Below are positions 9,066 to 18,261 of a DNA stretch of 64,000 nucleotides, in pieces (position 1 is the first letter of the stretch; every line of letters begins with the position of its first letter). This stretch comes from Pseudomonadota bacterium. Its GTDB lineage: Bacteria; Myxococcota_A; UBA796; SXON01. Location of the stretch: the NCBI GenBank assembly GCA_039800105.1, contig JBDLRI010000098.1:4427-68426 (forward strand). Direction: 5' to 3'. Made by a program: the position numbers and the translations under genes. The notes beneath the pieces are model-generated. The model was not told the DNA's origin, made no database searches, and was given only the letters and a program-made list of their open reading frames with translations.

Positions 9066-9883
9066 GCACGCTCCGAATCGCCCTCGCCCAGGTGGACGTC
9101 GCCTGGCACGACCGCCCCGGGAACCTCGCGCGGGCCGAAGCGCTCGTCGCGCGGGCCGCGTCCCGGGGGGCACGCCTCGTCGTCCTCCCGGAGATGTTCG
9201 CCGTGGGGTTCACGATGGACGCGGCGCAGGCCGATCCCCACGACGGTCCCACCGCCGCCTGGGCGCGGGAGGTCGCCGCGCGGCACGACGTCGCGCTGAT
9301 CCTCGGGGTACCGGAAGTGCCGGCTCCTGGGGCGGAGGGGGACACCCCCTCCGCAACGCCTCCCCCGGACCGCGCCCGACCCCTCAACGTCGCGATGCTG
9401 GTGCGACCGGACGGCGGCACGGAGCGCTACGCGAAGACCCACCTGTTCTCCTTCTCCGCGGAGAACGCGCATTACCGGTCCGGCGACCGCATCGTCACCT
9501 GGAACATCGACGGCGTGCGGGTGACGCCCCTCATCTGCTACGACCTGCGCTTCCCCGAGCCGTTCCGCCTCGCGGCCGACGACACCGACCTGTTCGTGGT
9601 CATCGCCAGCTGGCCGGAGCGTCGCGCGGCCCACTGGCGCCTGCTGCTGCGGGCCCGCGCCGTGGAGAACCAGGCATGGGTCGCGGGTGTCAACCGCGTC
9701 GGCACCGGGGATGGCCTCGCATACCGCGGCGACAGCGCGCTCATCGACCCCTGGGGCGAGGTGCACGCCGAGGCGGCGGAGCAGGAGGCCCTCCTGGTCC
9801 TGGACGTGGACGCCTCCGGCGTGACGTCCGCCCGGGCCGCGTTCCCGCCGCTCCGCGATCGCCGCAGCGACCTCCGTCGCTAG
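9062..9883 (+). CDS. Carbon-nitrogen hydrolase (omega-amidase / YafV-like nitrilase superfamily)
   Basis: 273 aa. Has RIALAQVDV, LVVLPEMF (catalytic Glu), KTHLF (Lys) and PLICYDLRFPE (Cys). ATGA overlap with the upstream aminotransferase. Carries repeat copy 1 as an internal insert, PGAEGDTPSATPPP. Confidence 0.85.
   Translation: MSTLRIALAQVDVAWHDRPGNLARAEALVARAASRGARLVVLPEMFAVGFTMDAAQADPHDGPTAAWAREVAARHDVALILGVPEVPAPGAEGDTPSATPPPDRARPLNVAMLVRPDGGTERYAKTHLFSFSAENAHYRSGDRIVTWNIDGVRVTPLICYDLRFPEPFRLAADDTDLFVVIASWPERRAAHWRLLLRARAVENQAWVAGVNRVGTGDGLAYRGDSALIDPWGEVHAEAAEQEALLVLDVDASGVTSARAAFPPLRDRRSDLRR
9328..9366 (+). repeat. GC-rich hairpin repeat, copy 1 (GGAGGGGG/CCCCCTCC subfamily)
   Basis: TGGGGCGGAGGGGGACACCCCCTCCGCAACGCCTCCCCC. 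Lies inside the C-N hydrolase CDS and is read as GAEGDTPSATPPP. Confidence 0.9.
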
Positions 9884-11307
9884 CCGACGGCGAGCGCGCC
9901 CACCCGCGCCGCGAGGTCGGTGCGCAGCACGCCCTCGGGGTCCACGCGCGCTCGGAGGGACGCGAGCGTGGCGAGGCGGTCCTGACCCCACGCGCGGCCG
10001 AAGTCCTGCGGCCGCATGGTCAGGTCCTTGGCGGGGTAGAAACGCCCGCCCGCCTCGCACACGAGGTCGTTGAGGTCGTGGCACAGCCGGAACAGGTCCG
10101 CGCGGTTGGAGGCCGTCACGGGGAAGTCCATGGCGAGGCTGTAGCCATCGAGCGCGTGCGACAGGAGAAAGTCGTCGGGCCGGTGGCGCTTGAGCACCCC
10201 GAGGTAGCTCACGAGGCCCGCGGCCTGCGTCCGCGCCAGGATCGTGCGCAGCGTCTCACGCGCCGTCTCCTTCGGCAGGAAGGGCTGGTACTGGATGAAC
10301 CCGCCCGGCTCGTAGGCGCTGCGAAAGCCCGGCACGTAGTCCAGCAGGAACTGGAACGCGACGTGCGCCTGCAGGTACGGCGCGCGCGGCCCCATCGCCG
10401 ACGCGAGGTACTTGCCGGTGTTGAGCAGCCCCATGCCCGCGTTGAAGCTGAAGAGCCGCAGGATCTTCGGCACCAGCGCCTTGGGCACGCCGAGGATGTG
10501 CCCCGGCAGATCCTGCCGCTCCGGCGCCAACATGGCGGCGCCATCCGGGTCCTCGTCGCCGTGGAGGTACACCGCGCGATGCGCCTGGCCGCGCCCCAGG
10601 CCGCTCCCGCCCGCGATGCAGTCCACCCAGCTCACGAGGTAGTCGCTGTCGCCCGTGTGGCGGTCGAACACCTCGAACTGCGCGTCCAGCGACGGCGCGG
10701 GGATCTGCCAGACGCGCATGCGCCCGGAGCCGATGCGCTTGAGCTGCAGGCGGATGCGCGTGAAGGCGCCGAGCGTGCCGAAGCTGCCCACCGCCGCGCG
10801 GAACAGCGCCGGATCGTCCTCGCGGGAGATCCGACGCACCACGCCGTCCGGGGTGACGAGATCCGCGTCGAGGATGCTGTCCCCGGTGCCGCCGACCTTG
10901 TAGTGATTCTTGCCGTGCACGTTCATCGCGGCGCACCCGGCGAGGGTCGCGTGCATCGTCCCCGGCACCACCGTCGGCCACCAGCCGTGCGGCAGCACGT
11001 GACGCCACAGGTCGCCGATGGTGACGCCGGGCTCCACCTCCACGATCCCACGCTCGCTGTCCAAGGACAGGATCCGGTTCATGCCCATCACGTCCAGCAC
11101 GACGCCGCGCGTGTTCAACGACGCGTCGCCGTAGCTGCGCCCGTTCGCCCGTAGGCCCACCGGGATGCCCTCCGTGCTGGCGCGGCGGAAGACCTCGGCG
11201 ACCTCGGCCGCATCGCGGGGCCGCACGGTCGGCGAGGCGGCACGCACCACGAACCCGTACCCGTCGAACACCTTGCGCGGCGCGAGGCCGAGCGGACGGG
11301 CGGCCAT
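9880..11307 (-). CDS. FAD-linked oxidase (PCMH-type FAD-binding domain), DprE1-like
   Basis: Start moved to ATG at 11307 (MAARPLG), which overlaps the upstream stop as TGATG. Has GLRANGRSYGD, VVPGTMHATLAGCAAMNVHGKNH and FGTLGAFT. By-eye resemblance to decaprenylphosphoryl-ribose oxidase motifs. Confidence 0.8.
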   Translation of the reverse strand: MAARPLGLAPRKVFDGYGFVVRAASPTVRPRDAAEVAEVFRRASTEGIPVGLRANGRSYGDASLNTRGVVLDVMGMNRILSLDSERGIVEVEPGVTIGDLWRHVLPHGWWPTVVPGTMHATLAGCAAMNVHGKNHYKVGGTGDSILDADLVTPDGVVRRISREDDPALFRAAVGSFGTLGAFTRIRLQLKRIGSGRMRVWQIPAPSLDAQFEVFDRHTGDSDYLVSWVDCIAGGSGLGRGQAHRAVYLHGDEDPDGAAMLAPERQDLPGHILGVPKALVPKILRLFSFNAGMGLLNTGKYLASAMGPRAPYLQAHVAFQFLLDYVPGFRSAYEPGGFIQYQPFLPKETARETLRTILARTQAAGLVSYLGVLKRHRPDDFLLSHALDGYSLAMDFPVTASNRADLFRLCHDLNDLVCEAGGRFYPAKDLTMRPQDFGRAWGQDRLATLASLRARVDPEGVLRTDLAARVGALAVG

Positions 11308-12041
11308 CAGATGTTCGTCCGACGGAAGACCACGGAGGGCACCATGCGGATCACCGTCATGATCGGGGCCCAGGTCGCAGGCACGTAGGCCTCCACGGCA
11401 CCGGCGCGCATGTGGGCGAGCGCCTCCCGGGCGCACTGCTCGGCGGGGATGAGCAGCGGCAGCTTCATGCCGCGCGTCATGTCGGTCTCCACCGGGCCGG
11501 GCTTGATGGTGACGACGGTGACGCCGTAGCGCGACAGGCGGTTGCGCAGGCTCTCCAGATACGTCGTGAGCGCCGCCTTGGACGTGTGGTAGCCAGGGTT
11601 CCCGCGACGTCCGCGGTCGCCGGCGACGCTGCTGATGCCCGCGAGCGTGCCCGCGCCGCGCGCCTCCATCCAGGCCCCGGCAAGGCCGAGCCAGCGCATT
11701 GCGCCGAGAAGGTTCACCTCGACCATCTGCCGGTCCTTGTCGAAGTCCACCTCGTGCTCCTCGATGGAGGGCATCACGCCAGCGTTGTATACGACGAGGT
11801 CGAGGCTCCCGAGGTCCTCCGCGATGCGGTCGAAGAGCGCCGGCGCCTCGTCGAAGGCACGGACGTCGTGCACGTACACCCGCACCCGCTCCCCGAGCTC
11901 CTCCGCCAGACGCCGCAGCTCCGCCTCGCGGCGGGCGACCGCGGCCACCCGCGCGCCCCGCGCGACGAGCTGCCGGACCAACTGTTCCCCGATGCCGGAG
12001 CTGGCACCCACCACGAGAGCCGTTTCGAAGTCGCGCGCCAT
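11307..12041 (-). CDS. Short-chain dehydrogenase/reductase, DprE2-like
   Basis: Start at ATG 12041 (MARDFETALVVGASSGIGEQL, the TGxxxGxG motif). Has NAGV and the YHTSKAAL catalytic YxxxK. About 244 aa. The ORF-track extension upstream looks non-coding. Confidence 0.85.
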   Translation of the reverse strand: MARDFETALVVGASSGIGEQLVRQLVARGARVAAVARREAELRRLAEELGERVRVYVHDVRAFDEAPALFDRIAEDLGSLDLVVYNAGVMPSIEEHEVDFDKDRQMVEVNLLGAMRWLGLAGAWMEARGAGTLAGISSVAGDRGRRGNPGYHTSKAALTTYLESLRNRLSRYGVTVVTIKPGPVETDMTRGMKLPLLIPAEQCAREALAHMRAGAVEAYVPATWAPIMTVIRMVPSVVFRRTNI

Positions 12042-12064
12042 GACGGATTCCTCGCGCGGGCGCC

Positions 12065-12871
12065 CTAACCCGTCACCCGACCGTCCGCGTCGACACGGAC
12101 CGGCCCTGGAGGGATCCCCGTGGCGTCGAAGCCCGCGACAGCCTCGTCGAGACGTACCGCACCGTCGATCCCGAGCTGCGGCAGCAGCGTGGCCCACACG
12201 TCCTCGGGGCGCCACCCGGCGTGACGCAGCGCCGCGATGCCCGTGCTGCCGTGGCTCTTTCCCAGCTTTCGACCATCAGGGCCGAGGACCAGCGGCACGT
12301 GGAGGTACGTCGGCACCGACAGTCCCAGCATGCCGTGCAGGATGACCTGCGACGCGGTCGCGTCCACCAGATCGGCGCCCCGGACCACCTCGGTGACCCC
12401 GTCGCGGGCGTCGTCGATCACGACGGCGAGCGGATAGCCCGGCTCGCCGTCCGCCCGCACGAGCACCGGGTCCTCGGTCGGAACGGCCCGCACGACCCCC
12501 CGGGCGCGGTCGATCCAGGAAACCTCCCGACGCGGCGTACGCAACCGCCAGGCCCCGGCGACGCGGGACGCCTCCCGGCAGGCGCACGGACCTTCCCGTC
12601 GTGCCGCGCGGGGGCAATCGCACCGGTAGGCGTCGATGCCGTCGAGGGTGTAGCGGCGGCCGGACTGCCGCGGGGTCTCGGCGTCCCAGTCCAGGCCCAG
12701 CCACCGAAGGTCCGCCCGCTGCTCCCGCTCCACGTCCGGGCGCGACCGGCCCCGGTCGAGGTCCTCCATGCGCAGGAGGAGGCGGCCACCCGCCGCGCGC
12801 GCGCTGAGCCAGGCGGCTCCGAACGCCAGGGCGTTGCCGAGATGAAGCGCGCCGGACGGCGTCGGCGCCAT
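12065..12871 (-). CDS. gluQ: Glutamyl-Q tRNA(Asp) synthetase (GluQRS/YadB)
   Basis: Start at ATG 12871 (MAPTPSGALHLGNAL, HIGH-like motif). Has RMEDLD, a CDC..C..C zinc cluster, VVIDDARDGVTEVVRGADL and KLGKSHG (KMSKS-like). The upstream part of the 469-aa track ORF is spurious. Confidence 0.85.
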   Translation of the reverse strand: MAPTPSGALHLGNALAFGAAWLSARAAGGRLLLRMEDLDRGRSRPDVEREQRADLRWLGLDWDAETPRQSGRRYTLDGIDAYRCDCPRAARREGPCACREASRVAGAWRLRTPRREVSWIDRARGVVRAVPTEDPVLVRADGEPGYPLAVVIDDARDGVTEVVRGADLVDATASQVILHGMLGLSVPTYLHVPLVLGPDGRKLGKSHGSTGIAALRHAGWRPEDVWATLLPQLGIDGAVRLDEAVAGFDATGIPPGPVRVDADGRVTG

Positions 12872-12934
12872 TCTTCCGACAACATTATCCAGCTTGAACT
12901 TTACTTTTTCAGATTCGCGGCCTAGGGTGGCCGC
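12872..12934. promoter_or_regulatory. AT-richer divergent promoter region between gluQ and the ALDH-like gene
   Basis: The only conspicuously low-GC stretch nearby (ttcttccgacaacattatccagcttgaactttactttttcagattcg). A possible -35/-10 pair is TTTACT-N17-TAGGGT on the + strand. Confidence 0.3.
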
Positions 12935-14416
12935 ATGCACGACGCCCTTCCGCTCCTCCTCGCCGGCACCCCCACGCACACACCCCTCCTTGCCCCGGTG
13001 GTCCGCCCGTGGGACGGACAGCCCGTTCACGACGTATCGCGGGCGGGCATGGAGCACGCGGACCGCGCCGTCGCCGCCGCCGTCCACGAAGCGGTGGTCC
13101 TGCGCCGCACGACCCCGCGCACCCGCGCGGCACACCTCGCCGCCGCGGCGCGGCGGCTCGACGCCGACGCCGTCGCGCTCGTGCGCGCGCTCGTCGACGA
13201 GGTGGGCATGCCGATCGACCACGCCCGCATGGAAGCCGCCGAGGCCGTGGCCATCGTACGCGCGTGCGCCGACGCTGCGGCGTCGCTCGATCCGCAGGCG
13301 ACGGGCGGGGCCTGGGACGACCCGGTGGCACCCGCGCGCGTCCTTCGCCGCGGCGTGCCGCGGGGCCCGGTGTTCGCCATGCCCACGCCGCAGGCACCCC
13401 TCGCCTCGTTGGCGCTGCGGCTGGGTGCCTGCCTGGCGGCGGGATGCCCCGCGGTGGCCGCCGTTCCCGCGCACGCGCCCGGGGCCGCACTCCTGCTCGG
13501 TGCGGCGCTCGGGGCCACCGAGGGCACCGGGGCGCTGGCCCGTGCCGTCAGCGTGCTCCCGTGCCGCTCGGACGTGCTGGACGCCCTGGTGACCGACCGA
13601 CGCTTCGCGACGCTGCTCGTGGGACGCGGCGGACGGCTCGTGTCACGCGCGCGCACGGGACGTCGCGAGGTGGTGGTGGAGCCCGGCGAGCAGCACGACG
13701 TGCTCCTCGGCCCGGACGCCGATGTCGTCGATGCCGCCGCACGGATCGCCGCCCGCGCGTGGAGCTGGGCGGGTCAGGCATCCGCCGGCATCCAACGGAT
13801 CCTCGTGCCGCGCGACCGGCTCGTGCCCGCCCGCGACGCGCTGGCAGCCGCGATCGCCGGCCTGCAGCCACGGGACCCGTCGCTCCCGGGGACCGTCTGT
13901 GGCCCGATGGCCGATCCCTGGCGCGCCGCCCGGTATGACAGCTGGCTGCATGCCGCGCTCGGCGTGGGCGCACGGGCCGTGGCGCAGGGGTGCGCCCCGG
14001 ACGCGCCGGTCGGTGCCCGGACGCGGCTCCCGGTCCTGCTGGAAGCGGAACTGCGTCCCGAGGTGCACGGCGCATCGGGTCCCGCGGTGGTGCTCCATCC
14101 GGTGCGTTCGACCGAGGAGGCCCTGGCCCTGCTCGGCCGCGACGCCGGCAGCCCCCACGCCGTCGGTGTGTTCACCCGCAGTGCAGCGCGCCTGTTCCAG
14201 ACGCTCGATCGCCTCGACGGCACCGTGCTCGTGCACGACGATCACCCCGGCACCGCGGGGGGCGTTGCGGGGGGTGGAACCCCCCGCCCCAGCCACGACA
14301 TCCGCACGCCGACCCGGCTCCGCGGCGAGCGGCCCGAAGTCCTGATCGCCTCGCTCCTCGACGTACGGACCCTGGTGTACGGACGCGCGGTCCCCGTCGA
14401 CGTCCGCGTCGCGTAG
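12935..14416 (+). CDS. Aldehyde dehydrogenase superfamily protein, apparently lacking the catalytic Cys
   Basis: 493 aa. Follows the ALDH layout, with VVVEPGE (ELGG-like) and GPDADV. The GQxCxA motif reads GQASAG. Repeat copy 2 is inserted near the C-terminus (GGVAGGGTPRP). Confidence 0.65.
   Translation: MHDALPLLLAGTPTHTPLLAPVVRPWDGQPVHDVSRAGMEHADRAVAAAVHEAVVLRRTTPRTRAAHLAAAARRLDADAVALVRALVDEVGMPIDHARMEAAEAVAIVRACADAAASLDPQATGGAWDDPVAPARVLRRGVPRGPVFAMPTPQAPLASLALRLGACLAAGCPAVAAVPAHAPGAALLLGAALGATEGTGALARAVSVLPCRSDVLDALVTDRRFATLLVGRGGRLVSRARTGRREVVVEPGEQHDVLLGPDADVVDAAARIAARAWSWAGQASAGIQRILVPRDRLVPARDALAAAIAGLQPRDPSLPGTVCGPMADPWRAARYDSWLHAALGVGARAVAQGCAPDAPVGARTRLPVLLEAELRPEVHGASGPAVVLHPVRSTEEALALLGRDAGSPHAVGVFTRSAARLFQTLDRLDGTVLVHDDHPGTAGGVAGGGTPRPSHDIRTPTRLRGERPEVLIASLLDVRTLVYGRAVPVDVRVA
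14257..14291 (-). repeat. GC-rich hairpin repeat, copy 2
   Basis: + strand is GGGGGGCGTTGCGGGGGGTGGAACCCCCCGCCCCA. Lies inside the ALDH-like CDS. Confidence 0.9.
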
Positions 14417-14422
14417 CGACCG

Positions 14423-15598
14423 TCAGGGCTCGTCGGCACCCACCGCGGGGGCGGCCCGGTCCCGCGGATCGCCGTCCACGTCGACGTCGTCAAAGCCGGC
14501 CTCGAGCGCCACGCCGGCACCGCGTGCGGCGGCCCCTGCCGCGAGGTGCAGGTCCCCCCCGTCGGGGTCCACGAAGTCCGATGCCTGCGGTGCACGTCCC
14601 CCGTCATTGCGCGCGGCGCCGCCCCCGTCCTGGGTGTCCGCGAGGTTGTTGACGAGCGCCAGCCCGTCCGCGAAGCTCCAGCTGAGCGTGCCGTTCCACA
14701 CGGTGTTGTGGGAGAGGCGCGTGCCGCACACGTTCTCGACGCGCAGCGCCCCGACGACGAGGTTGTCCCGCACGATGCCGCCGTAGTGCCCGATCATGCC
14801 GCCGTCGCACGCGGCGTCCGGGTAGACGCGTTCCTCGCCCTCGTCGTAGGACACGTCCCCGATCCGCATCGCGACGTCCCGCGCGCGGATGACGTTGCGC
14901 TCCACGCGCGTGCCGCGGGCGCCAGACCACGCACGGATCGCCGGCTGGTCACAGGAGCCGTGATCGAACTCCGACTCCGCGATCGTCCAGCCGTCGGTCT
15001 GGCGCAGCGCCACGCCGGTGCCGCACCCGCCGACCCGGCGCTCCACGATGCAGCGCGCGACGCCTCCGTCCGCGCCCCGTCCATCCGCAGGCGCGGCGAG
15101 GATCGCGTGCTCTCCGGCATCCTCGAGAATCACCCGGTAGAGGGTCGTGCCCTGCGCACCGCGGATGTCGACGCCGCTTCCGAAGGACCGGGTGAGCGTC
15201 AGGTCGGCCACCAGCGCCCCGTCGCCGAGGATGGACACGAGGGTGTCCGTGTCGGCGCGCGCGTCGAGCACCACCCGCGACGGGTCGCCGCTCTCGCCCC
15301 GCAGCCGCACATGGTCGGCCGACCAGCGGAGGGTTCCCACGGCGTCTCCACCGGAGAGATCGTAGGTCCCGTCCGCGAGCAGCACGGTGGTGCCCGGTGT
15401 GGCGTCCGCGAGCAGCGACGGGAGATCGTCCCCCGGCGAGGCGCGCACGAGCGACCCCTCCGCCGCCTCAAGGGGCGCGCAACCATCGGGAATGACCACC
15501 GGCACGACGGCATCGCCGTCCTCGACGTCCTGCCCACGGCACGCGACGAGCGAGACCGCAAGGACCGAGACCGCACCCCACGCCGACCGTTCAGCCAC
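14423..15598 (-). CDS. Right-handed parallel beta-helix repeat lipoprotein
   Basis: 391 aa. GTG start overlaps the upstream stop by 8 nt. Lipobox LAVSLVAC. Contains repeated beta-helix-like segments. The C-terminal FVDPDGGDLHLAAGAAARGAG is typical of the pectin-lyase-fold family. Confidence 0.65.
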   Translation of the reverse strand: MAERSAWGAVSVLAVSLVACRGQDVEDGDAVVPVVIPDGCAPLEAAEGSLVRASPGDDLPSLLADATPGTTVLLADGTYDLSGGDAVGTLRWSADHVRLRGESGDPSRVVLDARADTDTLVSILGDGALVADLTLTRSFGSGVDIRGAQGTTLYRVILEDAGEHAILAAPADGRGADGGVARCIVERRVGGCGTGVALRQTDGWTIAESEFDHGSCDQPAIRAWSGARGTRVERNVIRARDVAMRIGDVSYDEGEERVYPDAACDGGMIGHYGGIVRDNLVVGALRVENVCGTRLSHNTVWNGTLSWSFADGLALVNNLADTQDGGGAARNDGGRAPQASDFVDPDGGDLHLAAGAAARGAGVALEAGFDDVDVDGDPRDRAAPAVGADEP

Positions 15599-16169
15599 CC
15601 CGGATGACCGCCCGGATCGCCTCGTAGTGGTCCTTCTCGAGGGCGCCGCTTCGCACGCAACGCACCTTGCCTTCCGGGTCCGCGAGCACCTGGACCGGCA
15701 CGGTGCTGCCGTCCGAGCCCACCGAGGTCAGCCACGGCGCGACCTTGGCGTACTCCTTCACCCGCATCGTGGGCGGGGCGTCCGGGTGCGACGCCTTCCA
15801 CGTCGCGAGGGTCTCCGCCTTCTCGTCCACCGACAGGAACTGCAGGTTGACGTCGAGGCCCTCCTTGGAGAGGCGACCCTGCCACGCGCGGATCATGGGC
15901 ATCTCCGCGACACACGGGCCGCACCAGGTGGCCCACACGTTGACCCAGGTCCACCCGGTGCCGCTGGCCACCGGCGGTCCGTCCAGCTCGGGGAGCACGA
16001 GCGTCGGCGCGTCGGCGCCGGTCGTGCGGGAGTCGCACCACACCGACAGGTCCACGGCCTTGGCGGGGGCTGCGGCCACCACGTCCACGCGTCCGGCAGG
16101 GGCCGGAGCGGCCGCCGGGGCGCCACCCCCACAGCCGAGCAGGGCGAACAGCAACACGGAGCACCTCAC
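15591..16169 (-). CDS. TlpA/ResA-like thiol:disulfide oxidoreductase lipoprotein
   Basis: Start set to GTG 16169 (GTGA overlap with the upstream stop). Lipobox LFALLGCGG. Thioredoxin-fold active site WATWCGPC. Confidence 0.8.
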   Translation of the reverse strand: MRCSVLLFALLGCGGGAPAAAPAPAGRVDVVAAAPAKAVDLSVWCDSRTTGADAPTLVLPELDGPPVASGTGWTWVNVWATWCGPCVAEMPMIRAWQGRLSKEGLDVNLQFLSVDEKAETLATWKASHPDAPPTMRVKEYAKVAPWLTSVGSDGSTVPVQVLADPEGKVRCVRSGALEKDHYEAIRAVIRGG

Positions 16170-16948
16170 AGGCGGCAGTCGATCCAGGCGATGAAGGCGC
16201 TCCGGTTGAGCTCCTCGGCCGCGCACGCGGGGGCAGCGGAGGCGGGCTCACCGGGGGCGGCCGTCGACGCCGTGCCGTCGGCAGGCGCCGCGGCGGCGTC
16301 CATGGCACCCGAGCGCTTCCAGCCGCAGAACTGGGAGTCGAGCTGCGCGACCTCCTCGCCGAGCCACAGCAGCCCGACCTGCTGGTCGAGCTCACCGTTG
16401 AACGCGGTGGGGTTGTTCGGATCGGCGAACTTCTGGCGGAGGTGCGACAGCACCGCGTCCCCGCGCTTCTGCGACAGGTCACGGTTGAACTCCGCGGACC
16501 CGTCCGGCGAGGCGCGCGAGACCACGAAGAAATAGCTGCCACCGCGCTGGTCGGCGAACGTGGCGTCGAGCAGCGCGAGGTCGCCCGGATCCAGCTCCGC
16601 GCTCTCCTTGTCGAACTGCAGAATCGCGGCGCGATCGGCGAGCGGCATGAAGAGCGCGTTGAAGTCATCCCCCGCCATCGCGGCCACGTTCTTCGCCTCG
16701 AGCGGCTGGCACCCGCGGCCGCCGGCCACGAGACCGCAGCTCTGAAGGACGCGACGGAGCACCTTCTTCAGGTCGGCGCTGCAGTACCCCTCGTCCGCCA
16801 TCGCGGCCGTGGCGACCGCCGGCTTCTCGGTGGGGGCTTCCTTCGCTTCCGCGAGGCGGGCGGCGGCGCCCCCGACCCAGATGGACACGAGCGCGGAGGG
16901 GACGAGCAGGGAGGCCCCCGCGATCCCGACGTGGAGACCGAACTTCAT
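16166..16948 (-). CDS. Membrane-anchored Cys-rich protein with OmpA_C-like domain
   Basis: 260 aa with an N-terminal TM helix. SPDGSAEFNRDLSQKRGDAVLSHL resembles the OmpA/MotB peptidoglycan-binding motif. Seven Cys (my count). ATGA overlap with the upstream gene. Confidence 0.55.
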   Translation of the reverse strand: MKFGLHVGIAGASLLVPSALVSIWVGGAAARLAEAKEAPTEKPAVATAAMADEGYCSADLKKVLRRVLQSCGLVAGGRGCQPLEAKNVAAMAGDDFNALFMPLADRAAILQFDKESAELDPGDLALLDATFADQRGGSYFFVVSRASPDGSAEFNRDLSQKRGDAVLSHLRQKFADPNNPTAFNGELDQQVGLLWLGEEVAQLDSQFCGWKRSGAMDAAAAPADGTASTAAPGEPASAAPACAAEELNRSAFIAWIDCRL

Positions 16949-18228
16949 GGCGTCGCCTCCTTGGAGGGCGTGGCTGCAGCGGACGAGAGCAGGCGGGAGA
17001 GCGCGAAGTCCATGCCGAGGTCGGTGTCCTCGTCACAGAGCTTGCGGCCCTCGATGTAGAGTTGCGGCGTGGTCACCGGGAGCTGGCTGCGGGAGGCCCA
17101 GCGAAGCGCGTCGCCGAGCTTCTTCTTGACGGCTGGCGTGCCGATGCAGGCCTTCAGGTCCGGGAACGCCTTGGAGACATGGTCGGTGACGGCGGCATCG
17201 ACGCGCGCGTTGCGCTCCTTCGCGGGCTCGCCCTCCTTCTCGGGGCCGGCCGCCGCGGTGGCGACGTCCTTGATCTCCGCCTGATGGGCGTAGGACCAGC
17301 TCAGCACATCCCGGGCGCGATCGCCGGCACACAGGACCGCCTCGCTCACCACGCACGCGCCGGGGTGGAGCGCCTGGCCCACGTTCCAGTTGCAGTGGTC
17401 CAGCGGGAACAGCACCATGCTGCGATTCACCTGCGGGCCGAGGCCGGACGCCTCCAGGCGACCCTCGAACGCGCGGCAGGCCGGACACATGGGGTCGAGC
17501 ACCTCCACGGCGGCCTTGGCGCCCGCGTTCTGGTCCAGCGGGACCATGACGCCGGCCGGGGCTTCTAAGCCGGCAAGCTCGCCGCAGGACTGCACGATCT
17601 CGGTCTGATCCGGAGCGATGATCCCGTAGAGCAGCGTCGGAATGAGGACGAAACCGACGCCCTGGCCGACGCTGACCGCGTGCGAGCGGGCAGGATTCGC
17701 ATCCTCCCCCTCCGGCTCCTGACCGAGGGCGGCGGCCGACGGCGCGGTGCGCCACTCGAGCACCGCCGCGACGAGGGCGACGAAGCTGGAGACGTAGATG
17801 CCGATGCACAGCTTGCACGCGGCATCGAGCACGTTCATCGCGATGTAGCCCATCACGAGGGACGTCACGGCGGGAAGCGCCGCGGCCGCGACGAGGAACA
17901 CGCGCGGCGCGCGCGCGGTGGGCGCCTGGTTGACCAGAAGGTCGATGCCGCGGAAGGCCAGGAAGGCGAAGACCGCCATCGCGGGCAGGGAGATCGGCAG
18001 ACCGCCCCAGAGCCAGGTCCGGAACACCGAGGAGTACGGGCTCATCAGGGTGACCTGGCACCCGCTCTCGCCCATGGCGGGGGTCGCGAGACCGGGGAGG
18101 AACGAACAGGTGATGCTGTGCACCTGACGGTCCAGGTGCTGCACGAAATCGTGGGTCGACACGCTCGCGAAGGCGAAACCCGCCAACGACGCTGCGATGA
18201 AGACGAGGTTCCAGGGCGAACGCTTCAT
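16945..18228 (-). CDS. Vitamin K epoxide reductase (VKOR) domain fused to a DsbA/thioredoxin-like domain
   Basis: Start at ATG 18228 (MKRSPWNLVFIAASLAGF). Multiple TM helices. Loop Cys pair (ITCSF...ESGC), CKLC active site, then a periplasmic domain with PMCPAC (CxxC). Confidence 0.8.
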   Translation of the reverse strand: MKRSPWNLVFIAASLAGFAFASVSTHDFVQHLDRQVHSITCSFLPGLATPAMGESGCQVTLMSPYSSVFRTWLWGGLPISLPAMAVFAFLAFRGIDLLVNQAPTARAPRVFLVAAAALPAVTSLVMGYIAMNVLDAACKLCIGIYVSSFVALVAAVLEWRTAPSAAALGQEPEGEDANPARSHAVSVGQGVGFVLIPTLLYGIIAPDQTEIVQSCGELAGLEAPAGVMVPLDQNAGAKAAVEVLDPMCPACRAFEGRLEASGLGPQVNRSMVLFPLDHCNWNVGQALHPGACVVSEAVLCAGDRARDVLSWSYAHQAEIKDVATAAAGPEKEGEPAKERNARVDAAVTDHVSKAFPDLKACIGTPAVKKKLGDALRWASRSQLPVTTPQLYIEGRKLCDEDTDLGMDFALSRLLSSAAATPSKEATP

Positions 18229-18261
18229 GGGTACTCCCGCGGCCATGGCCGTACAGGCGCG

